A DNA stretch of 64,000 bases from Patescibacteria group bacterium (GTDB lineage: Bacteria > Patescibacteriota > Patescibacteriia > CAIXNZ01), in contig JAQTMG010000002.1 in the NCBI GenBank assembly GCA_028714455.1, positions 102,047 through 166,046 of the forward strand, written 5' to 3'. How positions within the stretch are numbered: the first letter of the stretch is position 1; each line of letters starts with the position of its first letter. Both the position numbers and the translations under genes were made by a program. The notes beneath the pieces were generated by a model that was given only the letters and a program-made list of their open reading frames with translations, was not told the DNA's origin and did no database searches. Shown piece after piece: positions 18,259 through 28,209 of the stretch.

Positions 18259-19977
18259 ATGAAAAAATATCTATCAATTTTCGTGATTCTAGGCGGCCTG
18301 CTTCTGGCCTGGCCGGTCTTGGCCCAGGAACAAATTGATAATTATGACGTGACGATTCAAATGAATAAAGACGCGACCATCAATGTTTCAGAAAGGATAC
18401 AATATGATTTCGGCGCAGAGCAAAAGCACGGCATTTTCAGATACATACCGATCAAATATAAGGCGCGCGGCGGTAACTTTAACCTAAGAATTTCCGACAT
18501 AAGCGTAATTGATGGTAACGGCTTTTTTTACAACACCGAAATTACTTACCCGGGCAACGATGTAAGTATCAAAATCGGCGAGGCTGATGTTTTGGTTAGT
18601 GGCAAAAAAACTTACATTATTGACTATACTATCAGGCGAGCCATTAACTACTTCGAAGACCATGACGAATTGTATTGGAACGTGACTGGCAATGAATGGC
18701 CGGTGCCGATTGTCAAATCTAGTGCCGCGGTTATTTTGCCTGTTAGTTTTGACGCTTCTCAAATCATGAAGTCATGCTTTAGCGGACCATTTGGCAGCAC
18801 TGCTTCTTGCGCCAAAACCGATTTGATTAAAAATAATGAAAACGGTTTGGTCAAGTTCATACTCTTTAGCCAAAATGAATTGAAAGCGGGCGAGGGCTTA
18901 ACAATTGTGGCGGGCTTGCCAGTTGGCAGCATCGCCAAACCCACTTGGCAGCAAAACATTACTGATTTTTTAAGTGATAATAAGGCCTTATTTTTGCCGC
19001 TTCTGGTTTTACTGGCCTGTTTTATTTATTGGTATTGGAAGGGCCGAGATCCCAAGGGCAGAGTCACGATAATTGCCGAGTACGAAGCGCCCGATGATTT
19101 AACGCCATCTGAAGTAGGCACGATTATCGATGAAATGGTTAATAAAAAAGATGTTTCCGCGGAAATAATTAATCTGGCCGTGCTGGGCTATTTGAAAATT
19201 AAAAGGGAAATCAGCGGCACTATAATCAAAAAACCTGTTTACACTTTGCTAAAATTAAAGTCCTCTGACGGGCTTTTGCCGCACCAAAAGAAACTGATGG
19301 ACGCGCTCTTTTCAAGCGACAAGCAAGAAGTCGCTCTTTCTAATTTATCGGAAAACTTTTATAAAAAGTACGAAGAGCTGGTTAAAGATATTTACGCTCT
19401 AACCGTTAGCAAAGGTTATTTCCCCGCAAGTCCACAAAAAGTCAGACAAAGGGCCGCCATGGTCTTGGCTCTTATTTTGGGCGCTGTTTATTTATTCACG
19501 GGCTTATTTTCTGATACCCTGGGTTTTGTTGGTTTTATCATCTCCATTATAATTGTGGAAATTTTCGCTTTTAGAATGCCCAGAAAAACCCTCAAGGGCG
19601 TTTTGACCAAAGAAAAAATATTGGGGCTTAAAGAATTTTTAATGGTCACTGAAAAAGATAGGATAAAATTTCACAACGCGCCAGAAAAAAGTCCTGAACT
19701 TTTTGAAAAGTTTTTACCTTATGCCATGGTTTTGGGCGTGGAAACGCAGTGGGCCAAGCAGTTTGAATCAATTTATAAAACTCCACCGTCTTGGTATCAG
19801 GGCACGGAAGGCGCCAATTTTAATAGCATTTTATTTGTCTCTAGTCTGCATAACTTTCAAGCGCAAACAAATTCTGCTTTATTTACCGCGCCCTCAAGCG
19901 CTGCCGGCGGCGCTAGCGGTTTTTCCGGCGGTGGCTCTGGCGGGGGATTTGGCGGCGGTGGAGGAGGGTCTTGGTAA
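18259..19977 (+). CDS. DUF2207-family membrane protein with a Gly-rich C-terminal tail
   Basis: Signal peptide, extracytoplasmic domain, transmembrane helices, and a C-terminal GGGSGGGFGGGGGGSW tail typical of DUF2207. Confidence 0.6.
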   Translation: MKKYLSIFVILGGLLLAWPVLAQEQIDNYDVTIQMNKDATINVSERIQYDFGAEQKHGIFRYIPIKYKARGGNFNLRISDISVIDGNGFFYNTEITYPGNDVSIKIGEADVLVSGKKTYIIDYTIRRAINYFEDHDELYWNVTGNEWPVPIVKSSAAVILPVSFDASQIMKSCFSGPFGSTASCAKTDLIKNNENGLVKFILFSQNELKAGEGLTIVAGLPVGSIAKPTWQQNITDFLSDNKALFLPLLVLLACFIYWYWKGRDPKGRVTIIAEYEAPDDLTPSEVGTIIDEMVNKKDVSAEIINLAVLGYLKIKREISGTIIKKPVYTLLKLKSSDGLLPHQKKLMDALFSSDKQEVALSNLSENFYKKYEELVKDIYALTVSKGYFPASPQKVRQRAAMVLALILGAVYLFTGLFSDTLGFVGFIISIIIVEIFAFRMPRKTLKGVLTKEKILGLKEFLMVTEKDRIKFHNAPEKSPELFEKFLPYAMVLGVETQWAKQFESIYKTPPSWYQGTEGANFNSILFVSSLHNFQAQTNSALFTAPSSAAGGASGFSGGGSGGGFGGGGGGSW

Positions 19978-20024
19978 TTTCTAAATCCTAAATTCTAAAT
20001 CCTAGAAAATAGGAATATATTTTC

Positions 20025-21026
20025 ATGAACAAATTCTATACTCAATTTAATGACATTTTAAAAGATCAGCCTGCTTACAGAGTTAAGCAAATTAAGCAGG
20101 CTATTTTTGTTGAGCTAATTGATAATTGGGACAAGGCCATGACTTTGCCCAAGAAACTTAGAGCTGAACTGGCAAAAAAAGTTCCATTGGAAGTTAAAGC
20201 GCAAATTTTTGAATCAAAAGATGAGGACGCGATCAAAGCTTTGATTACTTTAGGTGATGGTTTAAAAATTGAAACTGTTTTAATGAAACACAATCGTAGA
20301 AATACTGTTTGCGTTTCCTCTCAAGTCGGCTGCCCTTTGGGCTGTAAATTTTGTGCCACAGGCGCCATGGGATTTAAAAGAAATCTGGAAACCTGGGAAA
20401 TTGTCAGTCAGGTTTTATTCTTTGCCAGAAAATTAAAAATCACCGGCGAAAGAATTGATAACGTGGTTTTCATGGGCATGGGCGAGCCATTTTTAAATTA
20501 CAATAACGTTATGGAGGCCATTAGAATTTTAAATGACGCGCATGGCCTGGCTATTGGTATTCGCCATTTTTCAATTTCAACCATTGGCATAATCGAGGGC
20601 ATTGAAAAATTTGCTGATGAAAAAATGCAAGTCAACCTGGCCATCTCCTTGCACGCGCCAGATGATAAGACCAGAATCAGCATCATTCCTTGCGGCAAAA
20701 AATATACAATTCACAAAATTCTTGAGGCGGTTGACGATTATATTGCCAAAACCAATCGCAAAGTTATGTTTGAATATCTTTTAATAAAAGGGGTTAATGA
20801 TTCTGATGATTTTGCTTTAAAATTAGCGAAATTGATGAAAAAGCCGCTTTATTTTGTCAACCTAATCACGTATAATAAGACTGGAGCCTATCAACCGCCT
20901 TCCACAGATAAAATTAAACATTTCAAAGATATTTTGGAAAAGAACAGAGTTTTTACCACACTGCGCTACAGATTTGGCGCTGATATTGAAGCGGCGTGCG
21001 GACAGCTTGCAGCTGGCAATAAGTAG
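20025..21026 (+). CDS. rlmN: 23S rRNA/tRNA (adenine-C2)-methyltransferase RlmN (radical SAM)
   Basis: CPLGCKFCATG is the CxxxCxxC radical-SAM cluster, set in an RlmN/Cfr-like context. Confidence 0.85.
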   Translation: MNKFYTQFNDILKDQPAYRVKQIKQAIFVELIDNWDKAMTLPKKLRAELAKKVPLEVKAQIFESKDEDAIKALITLGDGLKIETVLMKHNRRNTVCVSSQVGCPLGCKFCATGAMGFKRNLETWEIVSQVLFFARKLKITGERIDNVVFMGMGEPFLNYNNVMEAIRILNDAHGLAIGIRHFSISTIGIIEGIEKFADEKMQVNLAISLHAPDDKTRISIIPCGKKYTIHKILEAVDDYIAKTNRKVMFEYLLIKGVNDSDDFALKLAKLMKKPLYFVNLITYNKTGAYQPPSTDKIKHFKDILEKNRVFTTLRYRFGADIEAACGQLAAGNK

Positions 21027-21125
21027 AGAGTTGAGCGTGGAGAGTTTGGATATTAGGAATTGGTAAATAGTGTATTAATTTCCCTCCACCAATTACTTAT
21101 CACTCCACTCTTTACCCTTTACCCC
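21026..21125. repeat. MITE-like intergenic repeat, copy 3
   Basis: GAGAGTTGAGCGTGGAGAG...CCACCAATTACTTATCACTCCACTC. Confidence 0.55.
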
Positions 21126-21138
21126 AAACCGTTCAATT

Positions 21139-21606
21139 ATGAAACCAAATTACATCATCATTCCACTCATTACTCTTGCCATTGCTCTTACTGGCAGTTT
21201 ATTGACCAGCGCTGGCATGGATTGGTATAACACGCTGACTCTGCCAGCTTCGGCTCCTGCGGGAATAGTAATCGGTACTGTCTGGACAATAATTTTCATA
21301 CTTTCAACGATTTCAGCGCTGATTATTTGGAATAACTTCAAGGAGGATAAATTATTTCGGTGGATAATCGGCATCTTTATAGCCAACGCGATTTTAAACG
21401 TGCTCTGGAGTTATGTCTTCTTCTATTCTCATCAAATCGGTGCTTCCATAGTTGAAATGATTATTTTAGAACTCTCGGTTCTCTCACTCTGCGTTCTTAT
21501 TTGGCCAAAATCAAAATGGGCTTCGATTTTACTCTGGCCATACGTCGCTTGGGTGATTTTTGCCACGTATTTGACTGTTAACATCTGGCAATTAAATTTA
21601 ATATAG
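21139..21606 (+). CDS. TspO/MBR tryptophan-rich sensory protein
   Basis: Five transmembrane helices. WYNTL...WN...LNVLWSYVFF are TspO motifs. Confidence 0.75.
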   Translation: MKPNYIIIPLITLAIALTGSLLTSAGMDWYNTLTLPASAPAGIVIGTVWTIIFILSTISALIIWNNFKEDKLFRWIIGIFIANAILNVLWSYVFFYSHQIGASIVEMIILELSVLSLCVLIWPKSKWASILLWPYVAWVIFATYLTVNIWQLNLI

Positions 21607-21647
21607 GGTCAAGTCGGCCCAAAAATTTAATAATTAACGTAAAAAAA

Positions 21648-21854
21648 ATGAAAAAACTCAATGTACTGGACATTATTGCTCTTATTTTAGTTGAAATTGG
21701 CGGCATTAATTGGGGCTTGGTCGGATTATTCAAATTCGATCTGGTTCAATGGCTCTTTGGCACAATGCCAACTTTGGCCATGATCGTCTACATCCTAATC
21801 GGACTTTCTGGCCTTTACACCATTTACCTGGCTATGAATGTAACAAAGAAATAG
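21648..21854 (+). CDS. DUF378 small membrane protein
   Basis: ALILVEIGGINWGLVG motif. Confidence 0.6.
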   Translation: MKKLNVLDIIALILVEIGGINWGLVGLFKFDLVQWLFGTMPTLAMIVYILIGLSGLYTIYLAMNVTKK

Positions 21855-21870
21855 TTATTTTTTATCAAAA

Positions 21871-21899
21871 CCCTCTCGTTTTGCGCGCGAGGGTTTTGA
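21871..21899 (+). terminator. intrinsic terminator
   Basis: CCCTC...GAGGG followed by TTTT. Confidence 0.45.
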
Positions 21900-21935
21900 A
21901 TTGAATAAATGCTGTAATTATGATAAATTAGCCCT

Positions 21936-23738
21936 ATGCTGAATTCTCAAACCGAAGAAATAAAATCAAAGGTTGACATTGTCGATCTGATTTCCGAATA
22001 CGTCGTCCTGAAACCAGCCGGCACAAACTGGCGCGCTCGCTGCCCGTTTCACAACGAGAAAACGCCGTCTTTCATGGTTTCGCGCGACAAACAAATCTGG
22101 CACTGCTTTGGCTGCGGTGAAGGCGGTGATATTTTTGAGTTTGTGCAAAAAATGGAAGGCGTGGAATTTCCCGAAGCTTTGCATATTCTGGCTGATAAAG
22201 CCGGCGTCAAATTGAGAAGGACCGACCCCAAACAAATCTCGCAGAAAACCAGAATGCTGGATGTGCTAAAAATGGCGGCTGAATATTTCCATCTGTCTCT
22301 TTTAAAAACCACTGAAGGCAAAATCGCCAGAGATTATCTGGAAAAGAGAAAAATCGAGCCTGAAACAATCGAGGAATTCAAGCTCGGCTACGCGCCTTCG
22401 TCCTGGGAAAATCTTTTCAATTTTTTAATAAAAAAGGGGTTTAAGCAGGACGAGATAATCGCGGCCGGTTTGGCTTTAAAAAGCGAACGCGGCCAAGTTC
22501 ATGACCGTTTTCGCTTGCGTTTAATGTTTCCTATCAATGACCATCATGGCAATGTGGTTGGCTTCACGGGCAGAATTTTGGATGAAACAAAGCAGGATCA
22601 GGGCGGTAAATACGTGAACACGCCACAAACCATGGCTTATAATAAAAGTTTGGTAATTTATGGCCTGGACAAAGCCAAAATTGAAATTAAAAATAAAAAT
22701 CTGGCCGTGATTGTCGAGGGCAACATGGATGTTATTGCTTCGCATCAGGCTGGCGTCAACAACGTGGTCGCTTCATCAGGCACCGCTCTGACAATTGAGC
22801 AATTAAATCTTTTAAAGAGATACACAAATAACGTCGCGCTCTCCTTTGATTCCGATTTAGCCGGTCAGAGCGCGGCTGAACGGGGGATTGATACGGCGCT
22901 GGCGCTTGGCTTTAACATAAAAGTAATCCAGCTGCCGGCGGAAATTAACGGGGTCAAAATTAAAGACCCAGACGATTGTATTAAAGCGGACATCAAGGTC
23001 TGGCAAAAAGCCATTGACGAATCAATTTCTATTATGGATTTTTATTTTAATAAAACCCTGGCCAAATTCGACCTCAAAAAGCCGCAGGACAGAAAAGAAA
23101 TAACCAATCGGCTGATTAAGCAGATTGCCAAACTACCTGACCGCGTGGAAAGCGACTACTGGTTGACTAATCTGGCCCAGCGTCTGGACGTGCCTGATAA
23201 TATTTTGCGGGAAACGTTTATGGCTTTCTCTGATTCGAAAAAAAGGAGCCGGCACGAAGCCGCGGTTGAAAAAATCACCGGCGACAGCCGCGAAGACATG
23301 CTGGCCCGCCAGCTTTTGGCCATTGCCCTGAAATTTCCCCAAAATCTTGATTACGTTATAAAGCACCTGGAGCCCGAAATGATTCCGCAGGATGAGCTGA
23401 AACAAATTTACAAGGAAATCGTATTATATTATAATAATGACAAAGAGTTTCATCGCGAAGAATTTGAAAAAATATTGGCAGAAAAAGAAAAAAAGTCGTT
23501 AGACACGATAACCACCTTGTTGCTTTTGGCCGATAAGGACTTTTTTGATTATGACGGCGAAAGGATTGAGAAAGAGCTGCTGGACATAATCGCTTTTATG
23601 AAAAAAAATTACATCAATAAAAAGATAAAACAGGTCCAGATGCTCATTTTCCAGGCGGAAAAGGAAAAAAATCAGCAGCAGATTCAGGAGCTTTCCAGGG
23701 AATTTTCCGCTCTGACCGAAAAATTAAACAACGCCTAA
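21936..23738 (+). CDS. dnaG: DNA primase DnaG
   Basis: Zinc finger CPFHNEKTPSF...CFGCG. TOPRIM motif EGNMDVIA. Confidence 0.9.
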   Translation: MLNSQTEEIKSKVDIVDLISEYVVLKPAGTNWRARCPFHNEKTPSFMVSRDKQIWHCFGCGEGGDIFEFVQKMEGVEFPEALHILADKAGVKLRRTDPKQISQKTRMLDVLKMAAEYFHLSLLKTTEGKIARDYLEKRKIEPETIEEFKLGYAPSSWENLFNFLIKKGFKQDEIIAAGLALKSERGQVHDRFRLRLMFPINDHHGNVVGFTGRILDETKQDQGGKYVNTPQTMAYNKSLVIYGLDKAKIEIKNKNLAVIVEGNMDVIASHQAGVNNVVASSGTALTIEQLNLLKRYTNNVALSFDSDLAGQSAAERGIDTALALGFNIKVIQLPAEINGVKIKDPDDCIKADIKVWQKAIDESISIMDFYFNKTLAKFDLKKPQDRKEITNRLIKQIAKLPDRVESDYWLTNLAQRLDVPDNILRETFMAFSDSKKRSRHEAAVEKITGDSREDMLARQLLAIALKFPQNLDYVIKHLEPEMIPQDELKQIYKEIVLYYNNDKEFHREEFEKILAEKEKKSLDTITTLLLLADKDFFDYDGERIEKELLDIIAFMKKNYINKKIKQVQMLIFQAEKEKNQQQIQELSREFSALTEKLNNA

Positions 23739-23747
23739 CCTTAAAAT

Positions 23748-24953
23748 ATGGCAAAAAAATCAAAGAAAAAAACAAAAAAGTCATTCAAGAAAAGAAAGAT
23801 TGTTAAAAGAGCTCGCAAAAAACACGGCAAAAAAGTCGTTCGGCGCTCAAGAAAGGAAGCCAAGTTGCCGTCCGAAGCGCAAATGAATCAACTGCTGGTC
23901 AAAGGCCGAGGACGCGGTTTTGTGACCGAACAAGAACTTTTAATGACTTTTCCCGAAGTTGAGGAGTATCTTGATTTGTACGACAAATTTTTAGATCAGC
24001 TTGATCATAACAGCATCCAAATAGTGGCGCTCAAAGGCGGCATGCTTATGAAGGGCAAGGAAAAAGATGAGATGCTGGGCAAGATCAGCACGGGCAAGGA
24101 AAGAAAGAGGATTGATCTGGCTGATATAACCAGTGAAGATTCGATTCAAATGTATTTACGCGAAATTGGTAAGGTTCCCTTGCTAAAAGGTGAAGAGGAA
24201 ATGTCTTTGGCCAGAAGAAAGGACAAGGGCGATAAAGAAGCCATTAAAAAATTAATCGAGGCCAACTTGCGCTTGGTTGTTTCCATTGCCAAGAAATTCG
24301 TGGGCAAAAATATGTCTTTGCTCGACTTAATTCAGGAAGGCAATATGGGTTTGTTTAAAGCCGTGGAAAAATTTGATGCCAGCAAGGGTTATAAATTTTC
24401 AACTTACGCCACCTGGTGGATTAGACAAGCCATCACCAGATCTTTGGCTGATCAATCGAGAACAATCAGAATTCCGGTCCACATGGTTGAAACTATCAAT
24501 AAATTTCAGCAGGTTCAGAGACGATTAATCCAGGATTTGGGTAGGGAACCGCTACCAGAAGAAATCGCGGCTGAAATGAGCGAAGATATTGAAAAAGTCA
24601 GACACATTATTAATATTTCGCAGGAAACTGTTTCTTTGGAAACTTCTGTGGGTGAAGACGAAGACGATTCAACTCTGGAGGACTTTATTGAGGATGTGAA
24701 AAACATGGCGCCTGACCGAGCCGCCGCTCTTCAGCTTCTGCGCGATTATGTCAAAAGTATCATAACCGAGCTTTCGCCCAGAGAACAAAAAATTCTGGAA
24801 ATGCGTTTCGGCATTGGCGACGGCGTGGCTCATACTTTGGAGGAAGTCGGAAAGGAATTTGATGTGACGCGCGAACGCATCAGACAAATTGAAGCAAAGT
24901 CATTGGAAAAAATAAAACAACACCATCAAGTAGAAAAATTAAGAGATTTTTAA
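23748..24953 (+). CDS. rpoD: RNA polymerase sigma-70 factor RpoD with a basic N-terminal extension
   Basis: Regions 2-4 ([31 protein letters not shown]). The N-terminus is Lys/Arg-rich rather than carrying an acidic region 1.1. Confidence 0.9.
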   Translation: MAKKSKKKTKKSFKKRKIVKRARKKHGKKVVRRSRKEAKLPSEAQMNQLLVKGRGRGFVTEQELLMTFPEVEEYLDLYDKFLDQLDHNSIQIVALKGGMLMKGKEKDEMLGKISTGKERKRIDLADITSEDSIQMYLREIGKVPLLKGEEEMSLARRKDKGDKEAIKKLIEANLRLVVSIAKKFVGKNMSLLDLIQEGNMGLFKAVEKFDASKGYKFSTYATWWIRQAITRSLADQSRTIRIPVHMVETINKFQQVQRRLIQDLGREPLPEEIAAEMSEDIEKVRHIINISQETVSLETSVGEDEDDSTLEDFIEDVKNMAPDRAAALQLLRDYVKSIITELSPREQKILEMRFGIGDGVAHTLEEVGKEFDVTRERIRQIEAKSLEKIKQHHQVEKLRDF

Positions 24954-24955
24954 AG

Positions 24956-24990
24956 AAAAACTCCTCTCCGCGTTGCGGAGGGGAGTTTTA
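24956..24990. terminator. bidirectional terminator
   Basis: CTCCTCTCCGC-GTT-GCGGAGGGGAG flanked by A-runs on one side and T-runs on the other. Confidence 0.6.
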
Positions 24991-24999
24991 TTAATGTTA

Positions 25000-25461
25000 C
25001 TAGTCGGTCTTGACGAGACAAAGTTCGGGATAGTGACAGATCGAAATCGTGGGATGTTCTTCGCCGATTTTTTCAATGACTTCCTTGGTCTTGACGAGCC
25101 AGCGCGGATCGCAGGGCTTGAGGTCCGGTTCCTCGAAACAGCATCTGGCCTCTTGCTCGTTTAAAAACAGAGCAACGATTTTTGAAGTGCCACCTCGCCA
25201 CCAGCCGGTGTTAACGTATTCAAGCCGCCGCTCGAAAGATGTTTGCGGAGATAGAAGGCCACGGCCCTCATTGATGTAAAATTGCAGATTTGTGGCAATG
25301 GCCAGCATCGTGCCGCCATTTACTCTTTCGCCCTTCTGAACCTTACTCTCGCCCTTCAGCTCGATTTTCACTGCATAGGGATGACCATTTTCATCTTTCG
25401 CGTACACCTCGTAAATTGAGGTTCCGGTCACGGCATAGAATTTTTCAAATATTTCCGGCAT
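25000..25461 (-). CDS. hypothetical protein, SD-led and GC-richer
   Basis: SD AAAAAGGAGGGTCACATG. No recognised motifs. Confidence 0.5.
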   Translation of the reverse strand: MPEIFEKFYAVTGTSIYEVYAKDENGHPYAVKIELKGESKVQKGERVNGGTMLAIATNLQFYINEGRGLLSPQTSFERRLEYVNTGWWRGGTSKIVALFLNEQEARCCFEEPDLKPCDPRWLVKTKEVIEKIGEEHPTISICHYPELCLVKTD

Positions 25462-25544
25462 GTGACCCTCCTTTTTGTTTTATATTAACTTTTTATCAAT
25501 TATCGTTGAATCTGTCAATTTTCAAAAAACACATCAGGGGCAAG

Positions 25545-25979
25545 CTAGTTCATTAAAACTTTCCCGCCCAAATCAACAATAAAATCAGAAATATCATCAA
25601 TTTTCTTGGCTTGAACTGGACTAATAATATCTTCAGCCAGAATTTCAATTCTTTCAAGCGCCTCTGTTAACTTTTGTTTACCCCCAGCACCCAAAATAAC
25701 ACTGCGCACCCTGGCGTCATCTTCTTGCGGCCCATTTTTGATCAAATGGACCTTTTCCATGGGCAAGAGTAGGCGAGTGACACCTGAAGCGGTTAAACCA
25801 ATCTTATCAGCCAGATCAACTCGTCGCATCTTTTGATCCTCGGCTTGACTTAAATGATAGAGAATTAAAAATTCGCTAAAACCTAAACCACCCAAGCCGC
25901 GATCTAATCGGGCATTTAAAATGGCCTGGGTTTTGGCCATGTTTATTAATAGTTTTACTGCTGAACTGACTTTTTCCAT
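25545..25979 (-). CDS. MarR-family winged-helix transcriptional regulator
   Basis: Winged-HTH-like core LILYHLSQAEDQKMRRVDLADKIGLTASGVTRLL. Confidence 0.6.
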   Translation of the reverse strand: MEKVSSAVKLLINMAKTQAILNARLDRGLGGLGFSEFLILYHLSQAEDQKMRRVDLADKIGLTASGVTRLLLPMEKVHLIKNGPQEDDARVRSVILGAGGKQKLTEALERIEILAEDIISPVQAKKIDDISDFIVDLGGKVLMN

Positions 25980-26029
25980 AAAAATTGTAGTTAATAAATA
26001 CTTGATAAGTCAAGTATATACCAACTAAT

Positions 26030-26430
26030 TATAATGTCAAATAAAAAAGCACACCATTTTGAATGTCTGGTGTGCTTGAGGTACCAACACGGAATGTTTC
26101 ATCCTTCCTCTGGGGCAGTTGGCGTGCCCGTGGCTTATGCCACCTGTTGTTTTCCACTTTCGTGGGCGTTCGGCTTGTACATCCGCAGGGGGAACAACAG
26201 CTATTCCCCAAGAAACAACACCATTGTCCTACTAGGTGCAGCTAGTCCCGACTCGTTTACGGGAGTGCCTCCTAAGGATGTTATCTCTCTGCGGATATGT
26301 CCACCATCACCCCGTAGCCTTGCTCTGATTGTTTTTGGCCTGTCAGAGTAGGTTTTGGTGGCCGGTCCATTACGGAAACGAGATTTGTCAGGCCGTTATG
26401 AAATTCAGGTTCTTGTACATTAACACCTCC
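26030..26430 (-). ncRNA. GC-rich structured RNA candidate with a 10-codon SD-led mini-ORF at its 5' end
   Basis: On the minus strand: SD AAAGGAGGTG then ATG (MYKNLNFITA), followed by about 330 nt of GC-rich paired sequence ending in GCACACC...GGTGTGC plus T6. The 105-aa ORF on the plus strand lacks a SD and is unlikely to be coding. Confidence 0.35.
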
Positions 26431-26495
26431 TTTGTTTTTTATAATATCAAAAAATCGCCAGAAAGGCGATTTTTTTAGATCTTCAATATTATTTT

Positions 26496-26654
26496 TTACT
26501 TTTTGAACGCAAAAGACAAGAGCATGATGGTTAAAGCATTAAGAATCACCAATATTAGCGCTGTTTGCCATTTCTCCGCAAAGGGATTTCTTAAAATATA
26601 AACCGTGTAGATTATTGCAATAATTGCCGCGCCGATAAAATTTCCTTTTACCAT
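26496..26654 (-). CDS. small hydrophobic peptide (52 aa)
   Basis: Two predicted transmembrane segments. No SD. Confidence 0.25.
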   Translation of the reverse strand: MVKGNFIGAAIIAIIYTVYILRNPFAEKWQTALILVILNALTIMLLSFAFKK

Positions 26655-26806
26655 AATTTTATATTTATTTAGTTATACTATTGTAAAAGCGCCTGGGCTC
26701 GCTGTGCCTGCGGCACATCGCTCGCCCTTCGAATCCCAACGCAAACAAAGCAGTTTGTTTGCTCCCCCTCGGTTGAAGGGTTAAATTACTTAAAAATTTA
26801 TCGATG

Positions 26807-26881
26807 TGGCTCCGGGGGTGGGATTCGAACCCACGACCAAAGGATTAACAGTCCTCTGCGCTACCACTGCGCTACCCCGGA
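26807..26881 (-). tRNA. tRNA-Asn(GUU)
   Basis: On the minus strand: UCCGGGG acceptor, D-arm GCGC-AGTGGTA-GCGC, anticodon stem GAGGA/TCCTT with loop CTGTTAA, T-arm GTGGG-TTCGAAT-CCCAC, CCA encoded. Confidence 0.85.
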
Positions 26882-27084
26882 AAATTTTGAATTTACTTCA
26901 CAACCACTACTTGCCCTTGCACCTTTGTGGTGCTGGGCGCTACCCCGGAATGGTATTAATAAAAAAACGAAATAGATTCGTTTTTTTACATTTGGAATAT
27001 AACATGTTTTTGAAAGAACGTCAATTTTGATCTTGATTTAAAATCGCCATATCAGCGATTTTTTGATATAGTTATAATATTCAA

Positions 27085-28182
27085 ATGAATAAAGCAATTA
27101 CATACAATATTATTGGGGTGTTGGTGGTTTTGGCCATAATCATTTTTAAGATACCGCTGATTTGGGTAATTCTTGGGATATTGATCCTTTTAATTTTTAT
27201 AATCTTTAATCCCTTTATACCCTCCGTGGAAAGCATTCCTAAGGGATTTACTGAAAAAAAATTCAATACCGGAAAAATAATTTTGAATTATATTGAAGGG
27301 CCGGATAATGGTCCTCCATTATTATTCATCCCGGGACAAATGGAATTCTGGCAGGGATATAAATTGGTAATTCCAAACTTTTCAAAAAATTATCATGTTT
27401 TTGTCGTTGACGTCCGGGGGCACGGAAAATCTACCAGAACTCCGGGCGAATATTCTTACAATATAATCGGAGAGGACCTTAAAGAATTTTTGGAAAAGGT
27501 TATTAAGAAGCCAGCGATTGTATCCGGACTTTCTTCCGGGGCTGTTCTTTCGCTTTGGTTGGCAGCCAACGCGCCCGAATTTGTTTCCATCGCAATCAGC
27601 GAAGACCCGCCATTCTTTTCTTCTATGTGGCCAAGAATTAAAGAAGAAAAATATATGTATCGTCTGTTTGAGGTCGCGGTTGATTGTCTTGGGAAACCGG
27701 AAAGAGATATATTGGGTTATTTTATGGCGCAGGGAATTCCAAAAGAGGGCCACGAGAAACTCTTTCTTATTCCTCCCTGGATAGCCAAATTTATAGTTGG
27801 GCTTTATGAACTTAATAAAAAAATCAGACCATCAAAACAATATGATATTCCTTTAGCGCCGTTCAGCGGACGGGTGGGATTCAAATTTTTGAATGAATAC
27901 GATGTTGATTTTTCAAAGGCAACGATTGACGGACGGTTAACTGAAGGATTTGATCCGGAAAACACTTTAAAAAAAATCAAATGCCCTGTCTTATTGATTC
28001 AGGCGCGCTGGTCCAGGCATAAAACCTGGGGATTGCTTGGAGCATTAGACGATAATGACGTTGAAAAAATTCGCTCAATCGTAAAGGATATTAAGGTGGC
28101 AAAAGTGAACGCTATTCATGACGTTCATTTGGCAAAACCAAAGATATTTATTAAAGTGGTGAATGATTATTTGGAAGGCTAG
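27085..28182 (+). CDS. membrane-anchored alpha/beta hydrolase
   Basis: N-terminal transmembrane helix. HGxGxS region GHGKS and nucleophile elbow GLSSG. Confidence 0.65.
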   Translation: MNKAITYNIIGVLVVLAIIIFKIPLIWVILGILILLIFIIFNPFIPSVESIPKGFTEKKFNTGKIILNYIEGPDNGPPLLFIPGQMEFWQGYKLVIPNFSKNYHVFVVDVRGHGKSTRTPGEYSYNIIGEDLKEFLEKVIKKPAIVSGLSSGAVLSLWLAANAPEFVSIAISEDPPFFSSMWPRIKEEKYMYRLFEVAVDCLGKPERDILGYFMAQGIPKEGHEKLFLIPPWIAKFIVGLYELNKKIRPSKQYDIPLAPFSGRVGFKFLNEYDVDFSKATIDGRLTEGFDPENTLKKIKCPVLLIQARWSRHKTWGLLGALDDNDVEKIRSIVKDIKVAKVNAIHDVHLAKPKIFIKVVNDYLEG

Positions 28183-28209
28183 AGCAATATTAAAATCTCC
28201 AAAAATATT

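Noticed and set aside
26034-26351. 105-aa plus-strand ORF in the GC-rich island
   Set aside because: No SD or promoter. Composition typical of structured RNA. The opposite strand carries the SD and terminator signals.
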